Assembly: GCA_900544385.1 (NCBI GenBank)
Contig: UQVD01000001.1
Location: forward strand, 1 to 48,717
Length of the DNA stretch: 48,717 bases
Direction of reading: 5' to 3'
Source of the DNA: an uncultured Collinsella sp.
GTDB taxonomy: Bacteria > Actinomycetota > Coriobacteriia > Coriobacteriales > Coriobacteriaceae
Below the pieces are notes generated by a model. That model saw only the letters and a program-made list of their open reading frames with translations, was not told where the DNA came from and ran no database searches. Position numbers and translations under genes: made by a program. Positions 37,476 through 46,815 of this stretch are shown here, piece by piece; within the stretch, counting starts at the first letter, position 1, and every line of letters starts with the position of its first letter.

Positions 37476-38498
37476 ATGGCACAGGAAGCGACCGCCAACG
37501 AGCAAAAGAAATTCAAGGTTCCGCGCATCCCGGGCGACATCATGATCTATCCGATGATCGTCGGTCTTTTGCTCAACACCTTCTGCCCGCAGGTTTTTGA
37601 GATCGGCGGCTTCTTTACGGCTGCCTGCCGCGGTGGCTCCAATACCATCGTCGCCGCGATCCTGCTGTTTGTGGGCGCCGGCATCAGCTTCAAGTCCACG
37701 CCGGGCGCCATCAAGACCGGCATCGTCGTGCTGATTCCCAAGCTGGTCGTCGCAGCGGCTCTCGGCCTAGGTGTGGCATATTTCTTTAACGATAACTTCC
37801 TGGGTCTGAGCTCCGTGTCTATCATCGGCGGCATTACGTTTTGCAACATGGCGCTCTATACGGGCATCATGGGCGAGTTCGGCGATGAGTCCGAGCAGGG
37901 CGCCGTCGGTATCCTGTTCTTTACGGCCGGCCCCGCCGTCACGATGATCATCCTTGGTGTTTCGGGCCTTGCCAACATCCCTGTCGGTACTATCATCGGC
38001 TCCATTTTGCCGCTCGTTATCGGCATGGTTCTGGGCAACCTGTTCCCGTTTATCAAGAACCTGCTAGTTCCCGGTGCCAACCCTGCGATTGCCGTCATCG
38101 GATTTCAGCTTGGCGCGTCCATGAGCCTGTCGAGCTTTATCACTGGTGGCATTTCCGGCATCTTGCTGGGCCTTGTCACGCTGTTTGTCGTCGGTCCCAT
38201 CACCTTTGCGTTCGAGCGCCTGTGCGGTGGTAACGGCAAGGCTGCCGTGGCTTGCTCCACCATCGCCGGCACGGCTATGACCACGCCGGTTGCTCTCGCC
38301 GAGGTCGCGCCGCGCTACGCCGAGCTTGCACCCACCGCGTACGCCCAGATCGCCACTGCCGTTATCATCACGGCAATCATAGCTCCGATTCTGACCGGCT
38401 GGGTCGACAAGAAGTTCTGCCAGGGCAAGGAGGACCTGTCGCCTGCCGGTGTCGAGGCCATCGAGGAGGCCGTCGCGACCGACATCGATGGCGAGTAG
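37476..38498 (+). CDS. kdgT: 2-keto-3-deoxygluconate permease (KdgT family)
   Basis: IPGDIMIYPMIVGLLLNTFCP, N.ALY..IMGEFG, AGPAVTM, STIAGTAMTTP; about 10 TM segments. Confidence 0.8.
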   Translation: MAQEATANEQKKFKVPRIPGDIMIYPMIVGLLLNTFCPQVFEIGGFFTAACRGGSNTIVAAILLFVGAGISFKSTPGAIKTGIVVLIPKLVVAAALGLGVAYFFNDNFLGLSSVSIIGGITFCNMALYTGIMGEFGDESEQGAVGILFFTAGPAVTMIILGVSGLANIPVGTIIGSILPLVIGMVLGNLFPFIKNLLVPGANPAIAVIGFQLGASMSLSSFITGGISGILLGLVTLFVVGPITFAFERLCGGNGKAAVACSTIAGTAMTTPVALAEVAPRYAELAPTAYAQIATAVIITAIIAPILTGWVDKKFCQGKEDLSPAGVEAIEEAVATDIDGE

Positions 38499-38544
38499 CA
38501 ATCGCTATCAATCAATGATGCCGGCGTGCAATTCGCGCCGTCCG

Positions 38545-38588
38545 AGCGCCCGAACAGAAACTGTTTTGCAGTGATGTTCGGGCGCTTT
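38545..38588 (+). terminator. Rho-independent terminator after kdgT
   Basis: AGCGCCCGAACA / TGTTCGGGCGCT-TT. Confidence 0.6.
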
Positions 38589-38687
38589 GCTATGATTCCC
38601 TTTACCCCTGCGGAGTAAAGGGGTGTTTATTGCCCTGATTCGAATTGGGCGATTCTGACCATTCGGATATTGAAGGGAGGGCGTCTA

Positions 38688-39830
38688 GTGGTTAAGGCAC
38701 TCAAGATTGAGATATTCCTGCTATGCATGATTGTTCTTATCGGGCTTGCCGCGCGAAGTCGTCGCTCCTTGTTCTCGAGCACCCTGCAGCTATTGTTTAG
38801 CATGCTTGGCTACACCTCCGCCGCGTACATATTATTCGATATGATCTGGACGCTTTCGGATGGTGCGGACGGCACGTTGGGTATTGCTGCCAACTGGATT
38901 TCCAACGCGGTTTCGTTTTCGCTCTTTGCCATCGCGTGTCTCATTTGGTTTATCTATTCCGAGACGATGCAGGGCTCTCGCCTTGTGACCTCGCGCTATA
39001 GGGTGGTGCTTGTAACGTTGCCTACGGCTCTGGTGGTCGTGCTGGCTTTTACCAGTTACTGGACGCACGCCTTGTTCTATATCGATTCGCAGGGCGTGTA
39101 TCGTCGCGGCTTTGCCTATATGATCCAGCCCATTGTCAGCTACTGTTACGTTATACATACGTCCCTGCATGCGTTTGTGCAATCTCGCAGGGTCGAGAGC
39201 CTGCAGACGAAGGCTATCTATCGAACCTTGGCATTTTTCGCCATTCCGGCCCTGGTGGGCGGTACCTTTCAGATCGTATACTCGGTGCCTGGCCTTTGTG
39301 TCGGCATAATGATTAGCATGTTGCTGCTCTATATCATCTGCCAGGAGCAACTGATCTCGACTGACCCGTTGACTGGACTCAATAACCGCAACCGTTTTGA
39401 GACCTATATGCTGTCGCTCTTTTCAAATGTGGATCAGGCCGAAGATGTATATCTGCTTATGATGGACGCTGACGGCTTTAAGCAGATTAACGATCGCTAT
39501 GGACATGTGGAGGGCGACCATGCTCTTCAGGTTGTTGCGACGGCGCTCAAGGATGTCTGCTCGGCGTCTGGTGGCTTTATCGCGCGTTATGGTGGCGATG
39601 AGTTCGTGGTGCTCCAAAAGGCAGCGGCGGAACAGGATATCATGCATCTGTGCGCGACAATCAACGACGAGCTCGCGCATGCCGAGGTGCCGTATGCATT
39701 GCGGATGTCCATCGGTTGCGCGCGGGTCGGCGATAGTGTTGATACCTGGCAAGACTTACTTCGCGCTGCCGATGCGGAGCTCTATCGCGTCAAGGCCGAG
39801 AAAAAGAAAGCCGGCGTACAAATACGCTAG
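38688..39830 (+). CDS. Membrane-bound GGDEF diguanylate cyclase
   Basis: About 7 N-terminal TM segments; DPLTGLNNR, FKQINDRYGHVEGD, RYGGDEF, ADAELY; GTG start after GGAGG. Confidence 0.9.
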   Translation: MVKALKIEIFLLCMIVLIGLAARSRRSLFSSTLQLLFSMLGYTSAAYILFDMIWTLSDGADGTLGIAANWISNAVSFSLFAIACLIWFIYSETMQGSRLVTSRYRVVLVTLPTALVVVLAFTSYWTHALFYIDSQGVYRRGFAYMIQPIVSYCYVIHTSLHAFVQSRRVESLQTKAIYRTLAFFAIPALVGGTFQIVYSVPGLCVGIMISMLLLYIICQEQLISTDPLTGLNNRNRFETYMLSLFSNVDQAEDVYLLMMDADGFKQINDRYGHVEGDHALQVVATALKDVCSASGGFIARYGGDEFVVLQKAAAEQDIMHLCATINDELAHAEVPYALRMSIGCARVGDSVDTWQDLLRAADAELYRVKAEKKKAGVQIR

Positions 39831-39871
39831 AAAAGGGGCATACGACCGCATTGATGGTCGTGCGCCCCTAT
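39831..39871. terminator. Hairpin between convergent genes
   Basis: AGGGGCATACGACC-GCATTGAT-GGTCGTGCGCCCCT. Confidence 0.55.
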
Positions 39872-39939
39872 TGCGTTGGCGGGATTAGTAGCGGCTGTCG
39901 AAGATACGCCTCGTCTTTTTCTTGGAACGAGGCAGTTCG

Positions 39940-40875
39940 CTAGGCCTTTTTGGGCTTGTTTACGATGATGATGCCGCCGCAAACCAACAGCAGGGCAACG
40001 ATGACGGTAATGGGGCTCGTGCCAGCGCCCTCGCCGAGCAGCAGCGCGCTCAGCAGCACACCAAAGACGGGGTTCATAAACCCAAAGACCGAGACGCGGC
40101 TGACGGGGTTGACGGCAAGCAGGCGCGACCACAGCGAGTAGGCGACCGCGGAGATAAGCGCCATGTAGATGATGAGCGCGATGGCGGGGGCAATCGCCGT
40201 GGGGGAGAGCGCGCCACCCATCAAAAAGCCGATGGCGGTGAGGACCAGGCCGCCGACTAAGAACTGCCACCCGGCAAGCAAGACGCCGTCGTGCTCACGC
40301 GAGAAGATACCGATCAGGCAGGTCGAAAGGGCACCCGCGACGGTGGAGGCTAGGATAAAACCCTCGCCGTCGAGCGTAAAGCCAAAGGTGCCGTCCGCGC
40401 CCGAAAGGTTGACGAGCGCGACGCCGGCAAAGCCCAGTACGCAGCCGAGCACTTTGGCCGCATTGAGCTTCTCGGTGTGAAATGCCAGGGCGGCAAAGAG
40501 GATTGCGAGGAAGTTGGCGCTGGCCTCGATGATGGAGCTCGACATGGCGCTGGCGCGCGAGAGGCCCAGGTAGAAAAAGAAGTACTGCCCGATAGTCTGG
40601 AAGAGCGACAAGATGCAGATGGGCTTGATATCGCGCGCTTGCGGAACGAGCGGTCGGCGCTGGGCCACGCTCATGCCAACAATGACCAGCATGCCGGCAA
40701 GGGTGAAGCGCAGGCCCGCGAAGAGCAGCTGCGAGGCGCTGTCGTGCGCGGGAATACCAAAGAGGCCGTAGCCGATCTTGATGCAGGGGAAGGCGGAGCC
40801 CCAGAGCGCGCAGCAAACGAGACAGCCCAGGATGAGTCCGGGCAGGGTGGCGAGATACGGCTTGCGGCTTTCCAT
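39940..40875 (-). CDS. DMT/EamA family transporter
   Basis: LWGSAFPCIKIGY, FAGLRFTLAG, ISAVAYSLW, FMNPVFGVLLS; 10 TM segments. Confidence 0.9.
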   Translation of the reverse strand: MESRKPYLATLPGLILGCLVCCALWGSAFPCIKIGYGLFGIPAHDSASQLLFAGLRFTLAGMLVIVGMSVAQRRPLVPQARDIKPICILSLFQTIGQYFFFYLGLSRASAMSSSIIEASANFLAILFAALAFHTEKLNAAKVLGCVLGFAGVALVNLSGADGTFGFTLDGEGFILASTVAGALSTCLIGIFSREHDGVLLAGWQFLVGGLVLTAIGFLMGGALSPTAIAPAIALIIYMALISAVAYSLWSRLLAVNPVSRVSVFGFMNPVFGVLLSALLLGEGAGTSPITVIVALLLVCGGIIIVNKPKKA

Positions 40876-40902
40876 GATGTCCTTCTCCTATACGCGCAAA
40901 GC

Positions 40903-40939
40903 AAAAAAGAACCCGCCACCGGGGGTGCCGGTGGCGGGT
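40903..40939 (-). terminator. Rho-independent terminator after purL
   Basis: ACCCGCCACCGG / CCGGTGGCGGGT stem followed by a U-tract on the minus strand. Confidence 0.7.
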
Positions 40940-40976
40940 GTTGTTACCCGAGGGGATTGTACCCGATGGAAACGTA

Positions 40977-43900
40977 TTAAGCGAAGTAGGCTACGCCGCT
41001 CTCAAAGATCGGCATGAATTTGTCGCCGGGGACATGCTCGGGCACGTTGCGGTACAGGTTGTCGCCGCGACGCTCGGCATGGCCCATCTTGCCCAGGACA
41101 CGGCCGTCGGGGCTCGTGATGCCCTCGATGGCGAGTGCGGAGCCGTTGGGGTTGACGGAAAGGTCCATGCTGGGCTTGCCGTTCTCGCCCACGTACTGCG
41201 TGGCGACCTGGCCGTTGGCGATCAGCTGGGCGAGCACTTCGTCATTGGCGACAAAGCGGCCCTCGCCGTGGCTGATGGCGACGGTATAGGGGTCGTCCAG
41301 GCTGCACTGCGACAGCCACGGGGACAAGTTGGACGAGATGCGGGTGCGCACCAGACGGCTCTGGTGGCGACCGATGGTGTTGAACGTCAACGTGGGCGCA
41401 TCGGGCGTGGCGTCGACGATGTCGCCGTAGGGCACCAGGCCGAGCTTGATCAGGGCCTGGAAGCCGTTGCAGATGCCCAGCATCAGGCCATTGCGGGCCT
41501 TGAGCAGGTCGCGGACTGCCTCGGTGACCTCGGGAGCGCGGAAGAACGCCGTGATGAACTTGGCAGAGCCGTCGGGCTCGTCGCCGCCCGAGAAGCCGCC
41601 GGGGATCATGACGATCTGGCTTGCACGGATGCGGCGGGCAAGCTCGTGGGTGCTCTCGGCGACGGCCTCGGGTGTGAGGTTGTTGATCACGAAGGTGTCG
41701 GCCTTGGCACCGGCGGCACGGAAGGCGCGGGCGCTGTCGTACTCGCAGTTGTTGCCGGGGAACACGGGGATGATCACGCGCGGGCGGGCGATCTTGGCGC
41801 CGCCGTACACGTGGATATCCTTGGCGCGGAAGTCGATGGTCTCGACCTCGGGGGTCTCGCCGGCGCTGCGGTAGGCGAAGACGCCCTCGATGCCGCTCTC
41901 CCAGGCCTCCTGGAGCTCGGCGAGCTCGATGACCTCGGAGCCGGTGTCGATGACATAGCCCTCGACGGTGGTGCCCAGGGGCTCGACGACAACGCCGTCG
42001 GCGACCTCGGGCAGCTCGGCGTCCTCGGCGAGCTCGACGATAAAGCTGCCGTAGAGCGGGGTGAAGAGGCTCTCCACGTCTATATCCTCGGCAAGCTCGA
42101 TACCGATCTGGTTACCGACGCACATCTTAAAGAGGCTCTCGGCGCCGCAGCCGTAGCCGGGCGTGGATATGGCCAGGGCGTTGCCGGTAGCAGTGAGCGC
42201 CTCGACGGCGTCAAACGCGGCGAGCAACTGCTGGGCGTCGGGACGGTAGTCCTCGCCATAGGTGGCGGGGGCGATGCGGACGACGCGGTGCGTGAGGCCC
42301 TTGAACTCGGGCGAGACGGCGCGGGCGGCCTTGCCCACGGCGACGGCGAAGCTGATCAGGGTCGGCGGAACGTTGAGCTCGCCGGTCTCGTCCTCAAACG
42401 AACCGCTCATGGAGTCCTTGCCGCCGATGGCGCCGGCACCCAGGTCGACTTGGGCCATGAGGGCGCCCAGGACGGCTGCCGTGGGCTTGCCCCAGCGCTC
42501 GGCCTCGGTGCGCAGACGCTCGAAGTACTCTTGGAAGGAGAGGTAGGCGCGCTTGTGCTCAAAGCCGGCGGCAACGAGCTTGGCGATGGACTCGACCACG
42601 GACAGGTAGGCGCCCGCAAACTGGTCGGCCTCCATCAGATAGGGGTTGAAGCCCCATGCCATGGCGCTCGCCGTGGTGGTCTCGCCGTCCACGGGGAACT
42701 TGGCGACCATGGCCGAGCTTGGGGTGAGCTGCGTCTTGCCGCCAAAGGGCATGAGCACGGTCGCGGCGCCGATGGTGGAGTCGAAGCGCTCGGAAAGGCC
42801 CTTGTTGGAAGCGACGTTGAGGTCGGTGACGAGCGAGGTCATGCGCTCGGCGAGCGTGGTGCCGGCCCAGCTGGGCTGCCACACGCTGCGGGCACAGACG
42901 TGGGCGACCTGGTGCTTGGGCGCACCGTTGGAGTTGAGGAACTCGCGGGACAGATCGACGATGGCGACGCCGTTCCATGCCATGCGCATGCGCGGCTCGG
43001 CGGTAACCTCGGCGATAACGGTCGCCTCCAGGTTTTCCTCGGCGGCGTAGCCCATGAACTCCTCGACGTCACCGTCGGCGACGGCGCAAGCCATGCGCTC
43101 CTGGGACTCGGAGATAGCGAGCTCGGTGCCGTCCAGGCCGTCGTACTTCTTGGTCACGGTGTCCAGGTCCACGTACAGGCCGTCGGCAAGCTCGCCCACG
43201 GCGACTGAGACGCCGCCGGCGCCAAAGTCGTTGCAGCGCTTGATCAGACGGCAGGCGTCGCCGCGGCGGAACAGGCGCTGCAGCTTGCGCTCGACCGGGG
43301 CGTTGCCCTTCTGGACCTCGGCACCCGAGGTCTCGATGGACTCGGTGTTCTGGGTCTTGGAGGAGCCGGTGGCGCCACCGATGCCATCGCGGCCGGTGCG
43401 GCCGCCCAGCAGGATGATCTTGTCGGTGGGGGCGGGGCACTCGCGGCGCACGTGGTTTGCCGGGGTAGCGCCCACGACGGCGCCGACCTCCATGCGCTTG
43501 GCCACGTAGCCGGGGTGATAGAGTTCGTTGACCTGGCCGGTGGCAAGGCCGATCTGGTTGCCGTAGCTGGAGTAGCCGGCGGCGGCAGTGGTCACGAGCT
43601 TGCGCTGCGGCAGCTTGCCCTCGAGCGTCTCGGAAACCGGGACGGTGGGGTCGCCGGCGCCGGTGACGCGCATGGCCTGGTACACGTAGCTGCGGCCCGA
43701 GAGCGGGTCGCGGATGGCGCCGCCCACGCAGGTGGCGGCACCGCCGAAGGGCTCGATCTCGGTCGGGTGGTTGTGGGTCTCGTTCTTAAACAGGAACAGC
43801 CAGTCCTGGTCCTCGCCGTCGACATCGACCTTCACCTTGACGGTGCAGGCGTTGATCTCCTCTGACTCGTCGACATCGGTCATGACGCCGGTCTTCTTAA

Positions 43901-44723
43901 GGTACTTGGCGCCGATGGTGCCCATGTCCATGAGGCAGACGGGCTTGGCGTCGCGGCCGAGTTCGTGGCGCATCTCCATGTAGCGGTCGAAGGCCTGCTG
44001 CACCACGGCGTCGTCGATCGTCACGTCATCCAGGACGGTGCCGAAGGTGGTGTGGCGGCAGTGGTCGGACCAATAGGTGTCGATCACGCGGATTTCGGTG
44101 ATGGTGGGGTCGCGGTCCTCATCGCGGAAGTACTGCTGGCAGAAGGCGATGTCCGCCTCGTCCATGGCAAGGCCGCGCTCGGAAATAAAGGCGGCAAGGC
44201 CGGCCTCGTCGAGCTCGCGGAAGCCGTCGAGCACCTCGACGGGCTGGGGCTCGGGAGTCTCCATGTACAGCGTCTCGGGCAGGTCGAGCGAGGCGATGCG
44301 CGCCTCGACGGGGTTCACCACGTAGTGCTTGATGGCCTCGATGGCGGCTTCGTCCAGAGCGCCCGAGATCATATAGACCTTGGCGGAGCGCACGGCGGGG
44401 CGCTCGCCCTGGCTGATGAGCTGCACGCACTCGCTGGCGGAGTCGGCGCGCTGGTCAAACTGGCCAGGCAGGAATTCGACGGCAAAGACGGCGCCATCGC
44501 TTGCGGGGAGCTCGTCGTAGGTCACATCGACCTGGGGCTCGCTAAAGACGGTCGGCACGCAGGAGCGGAAAAGCTCCTCGTCGATGCCCTCGACGTCGTA
44601 GCGGTTGATGATCCTCAGGGCCTCGATGCCCTTGATGCCGAGAATTTCGGTCAGCTCGCCCTTGAGCTGCTGAGCCTCGACGTCGAACCCGGGTTTCTTC
44701 TCCACGTAGATACGAGAGACCAT
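40977..44723 (-). CDS. purL: Phosphoribosylformylglycinamidine synthase (large fused type)
   Basis: DTYWSDHCRH, KNETHNHPTEIEPFGGA, DFGAGG, SESQERM, GGFSGGD, GICNGFQ, SHGEG, GKMGHAER; ATG at 44723. Confidence 0.97.
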   Translation of the reverse strand: MVSRIYVEKKPGFDVEAQQLKGELTEILGIKGIEALRIINRYDVEGIDEELFRSCVPTVFSEPQVDVTYDELPASDGAVFAVEFLPGQFDQRADSASECVQLISQGERPAVRSAKVYMISGALDEAAIEAIKHYVVNPVEARIASLDLPETLYMETPEPQPVEVLDGFRELDEAGLAAFISERGLAMDEADIAFCQQYFRDEDRDPTITEIRVIDTYWSDHCRHTTFGTVLDDVTIDDAVVQQAFDRYMEMRHELGRDAKPVCLMDMGTIGAKYLKKTGVMTDVDESEEINACTVKVKVDVDGEDQDWLFLFKNETHNHPTEIEPFGGAATCVGGAIRDPLSGRSYVYQAMRVTGAGDPTVPVSETLEGKLPQRKLVTTAAAGYSSYGNQIGLATGQVNELYHPGYVAKRMEVGAVVGATPANHVRRECPAPTDKIILLGGRTGRDGIGGATGSSKTQNTESIETSGAEVQKGNAPVERKLQRLFRRGDACRLIKRCNDFGAGGVSVAVGELADGLYVDLDTVTKKYDGLDGTELAISESQERMACAVADGDVEEFMGYAAEENLEATVIAEVTAEPRMRMAWNGVAIVDLSREFLNSNGAPKHQVAHVCARSVWQPSWAGTTLAERMTSLVTDLNVASNKGLSERFDSTIGAATVLMPFGGKTQLTPSSAMVAKFPVDGETTTASAMAWGFNPYLMEADQFAGAYLSVVESIAKLVAAGFEHKRAYLSFQEYFERLRTEAERWGKPTAAVLGALMAQVDLGAGAIGGKDSMSGSFEDETGELNVPPTLISFAVAVGKAARAVSPEFKGLTHRVVRIAPATYGEDYRPDAQQLLAAFDAVEALTATGNALAISTPGYGCGAESLFKMCVGNQIGIELAEDIDVESLFTPLYGSFIVELAEDAELPEVADGVVVEPLGTTVEGYVIDTGSEVIELAELQEAWESGIEGVFAYRSAGETPEVETIDFRAKDIHVYGGAKIARPRVIIPVFPGNNCEYDSARAFRAAGAKADTFVINNLTPEAVAESTHELARRIRASQIVMIPGGFSGGDEPDGSAKFITAFFRAPEVTEAVRDLLKARNGLMLGICNGFQALIKLGLVPYGDIVDATPDAPTLTFNTIGRHQSRLVRTRISSNLSPWLSQCSLDDPYTVAISHGEGRFVANDEVLAQLIANGQVATQYVGENGKPSMDLSVNPNGSALAIEGITSPDGRVLGKMGHAERRGDNLYRNVPEHVPGDKFMPIFESGVAYFA

Positions 44724-44907
44724 TGGTTCCTGCCTTCCTGATCGGTTGGGCGTACGGTACGGTATGCGGCAGCGGTCGGTTTGCGGGGCAAGCCTCGCGG
44801 TCGCCTTGAGCCACATGTTTGTAAACCTCACTATGATACGACAGCTCGTGGCGCGTTGAGGACGGCGAGGGTGCTACAGTGATGCGCAATCAAGAGAAAG
44901 GCATCAC

Positions 44908-46470
44908 ATGGCATTCGTTTCGCTCGCCATCATCGCACTCGTGGCCTTTGCAAGCCCCTTCATCGCCTCGGCGATTCCCAGAAAACCCGTTCCCGAGACG
45001 GTCTTTTTGCTCGTGCTCGGCGCGGTGCTGGGACCCCATATGCTCGGCGTCATCCATGTAGATGCCGAGGTCTCGCTTGTGTCCGAGCTGGGTCTGGCCT
45101 TCTTGTTCCTGCTTGCCGGCTTTGAGATCGACCCCAAGAGCATCACGGGCGTCGAGGGGCGCTACGGCTTGGCGACGTGGGTCGTCACGTTTGGTATCGC
45201 CTGGCTTGCCGTGCGCTTTACCCCGTGGTTCTCGGTTAGTCATTTCGACGGTATCGCCGTGACGCTTGCCCTCACTTCGACGGCGCTCGGCACGCTCGTG
45301 CCCATCATGCGTGAGCGCTCGCTCACCGGCACGCGCGTGGGCGACTCGATTCTCGCGTATGGCACCTGGGGCGAGCTCGGCCCTGTGCTCGCCATGTCGG
45401 TGCTGCTGTCTGCCCGCACCGGCATCCAAACGCTCGTAATCCTTGGCTTGTTTGCGGTGGTCTGCGTGTTGCTGGCCGTGGTCCCGAGCCGCTCCAAGCG
45501 CGTCGGCAGCCGCTTCTTTGCGTTTGTCGAGGAACGCGCCGATACCACGTCGCAGACCTTCGTGCGCCTGACGGTGCTCATCCTGGTCACGCTCGTGGCG
45601 TTCTCGGCTGTCTTTGATCTCGACATCGTGTTGGGTTCTTTTGCCGCCGGCTTTGTCTTGCGCTACATCATCCCCGAGGGCAACCATACGCTCGAGACCA
45701 AGCTCGATGGCCTGGCCTACGGCTTTTTGATTCCGGTATTCTTTACCGTATCGGGCGCAAAGATCGATCTGACGGCCGTGGCGTCGCGCCCGGGTCTGCT
45801 CGTGGGCTTTATCGTGGCGTTGTTGATTATTCGTGCCGTTCCCATTCTCATCTCTATGAGCATTTGTCCTGCGACGCGCGATGTGTCGGCGTATGGTCGC
45901 ATTACCGTGGCCCTGTACTGCACCACGGCCCTGCCGATCATCGTTGCCGTGACAAGCGTTGCCGTCAACGCGGGCGCGCTGTCGCAAGATATTGCGTCGG
46001 TCATGGTTGCCGCCGGTGCCATCACGGTGTTCTTGATGCCGTTGCTCGCGCAGCTCTTCTACCGCGTGGTCGACGCCGCGCCGGTCGTCGCCGTGGCAGA
46101 AGTTGCCGAGCATCCATCCGATGCGCTCGACATCCTGCGCGCCCATCACGATTTGGCGAGCCTGCTCGCACGTGAGCACGAGCTGCTGACTTCGCATGGC
46201 CATGGTCGCGTATTCGAGGGCTTGCCTACGCTCGATACGATTGCCGAGCGTCTTTCCGCCGAGGCGGCGAGCGGCCATATCGATGCCCGTATCGTGGACG
46301 CGGCGCACCTGCTTGCCGATAAGACTTATGGTGATGAGATCGACACGTCCGAGCTGACTCCGCATGAGCGTCGCCGCCTGGAGCGCGCCAAGCTCGCCGT
46401 GCGCGAATACCGCCGCCGCATGCTGGAGCTCTATGCAAGAGAAGAAGCCGAGGACGACGACGGCAAGTAG
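44908..46470 (+). CDS. Cation:proton antiporter (CPA2/KefB-like)
   Basis: LGAVLGP, LGLAFLFLLAGFEID, STALGTLVP, LGSFAAG, FLIPVFF; GAAAGG RBS. Confidence 0.88.
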   Translation: MAFVSLAIIALVAFASPFIASAIPRKPVPETVFLLVLGAVLGPHMLGVIHVDAEVSLVSELGLAFLFLLAGFEIDPKSITGVEGRYGLATWVVTFGIAWLAVRFTPWFSVSHFDGIAVTLALTSTALGTLVPIMRERSLTGTRVGDSILAYGTWGELGPVLAMSVLLSARTGIQTLVILGLFAVVCVLLAVVPSRSKRVGSRFFAFVEERADTTSQTFVRLTVLILVTLVAFSAVFDLDIVLGSFAAGFVLRYIIPEGNHTLETKLDGLAYGFLIPVFFTVSGAKIDLTAVASRPGLLVGFIVALLIIRAVPILISMSICPATRDVSAYGRITVALYCTTALPIIVAVTSVAVNAGALSQDIASVMVAAGAITVFLMPLLAQLFYRVVDAAPVVAVAEVAEHPSDALDILRAHHDLASLLAREHELLTSHGHGRVFEGLPTLDTIAERLSAEAASGHIDARIVDAAHLLADKTYGDEIDTSELTPHERRRLERAKLAVREYRRRMLELYAREEAEDDDGK

Positions 46471-46485
46471 TCGATACTCTCTCGA

Positions 46486-46717
46486 GGAAGCCGCGTCCTG
46501 CTTTGAAGGCTCGGAACGGGATGTGGTTTCCGAAACGGGGGCCGTTGGGAAACTGTGTCCCGGAATGGGCGCTCAGAGTGGGATGCAGTTTCCGCGAGAG
46601 ACCCGTTGCGGAAACGGTATCCCAGAATCGGCGTTCAAAACGGGGCGCTCTTTCCGAAACATGGCCCTGAGGGAAGCTGCGTCCCGGTCTGAGTCGGAAT
46701 TCCGGGACACAGCTTCC
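46486..46717. repeat. Array of eight alternately inverted 15-bp motifs with 16-bp spacers (31-bp period)
   Basis: Motifs start at 46486, 46517, 46548, 46579, 46610, 46641, 46672 and 46703, alternating GGAARCTGYGTCCCG-like and CGGGAYRCAGYTTCC-like. Confidence 0.85.
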
Positions 46718-46723
46718 CTTTCA

Positions 46724-46777
46724 AACAGAAGAAGGCGCGCTGCCTGCAGTTGATGCAGACGGCGCGCCTTCTTTGTT
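46724..46777. terminator. Bidirectional terminator-like hairpin
   Basis: AACAGAAGAAGGCGCGC...GCGCGCCTTCTTTGTT between convergent genes. Confidence 0.65.
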
Positions 46778-46815
46778 GGACTATGTTGAGGCTGGGAGCT
46801 GAGGCTTGTGGTCCC

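Noticed and set aside
40938..43208. 756-aa plus-strand ORF and similar long antisense ORFs (837-1943, 24321-25250, 44890-46365)
   Set aside because: Shadows of well-supported opposite-strand genes (purL, pdxS, DUF2791 ATPase, antiporter)
44724..44830. ZTP or purine riboswitch upstream of purL
   Set aside because: Could not find the conserved ZTP (GACUGGCG...CGCCUGGG) or purine aptamer motifs by eye
46486..46717. CRISPR array interpretation of the 31-bp periodic repeat
   Set aside because: Repeats are only 15 bp, degenerate and alternate in orientation; spacers are 16 bp; no cas genes in the window
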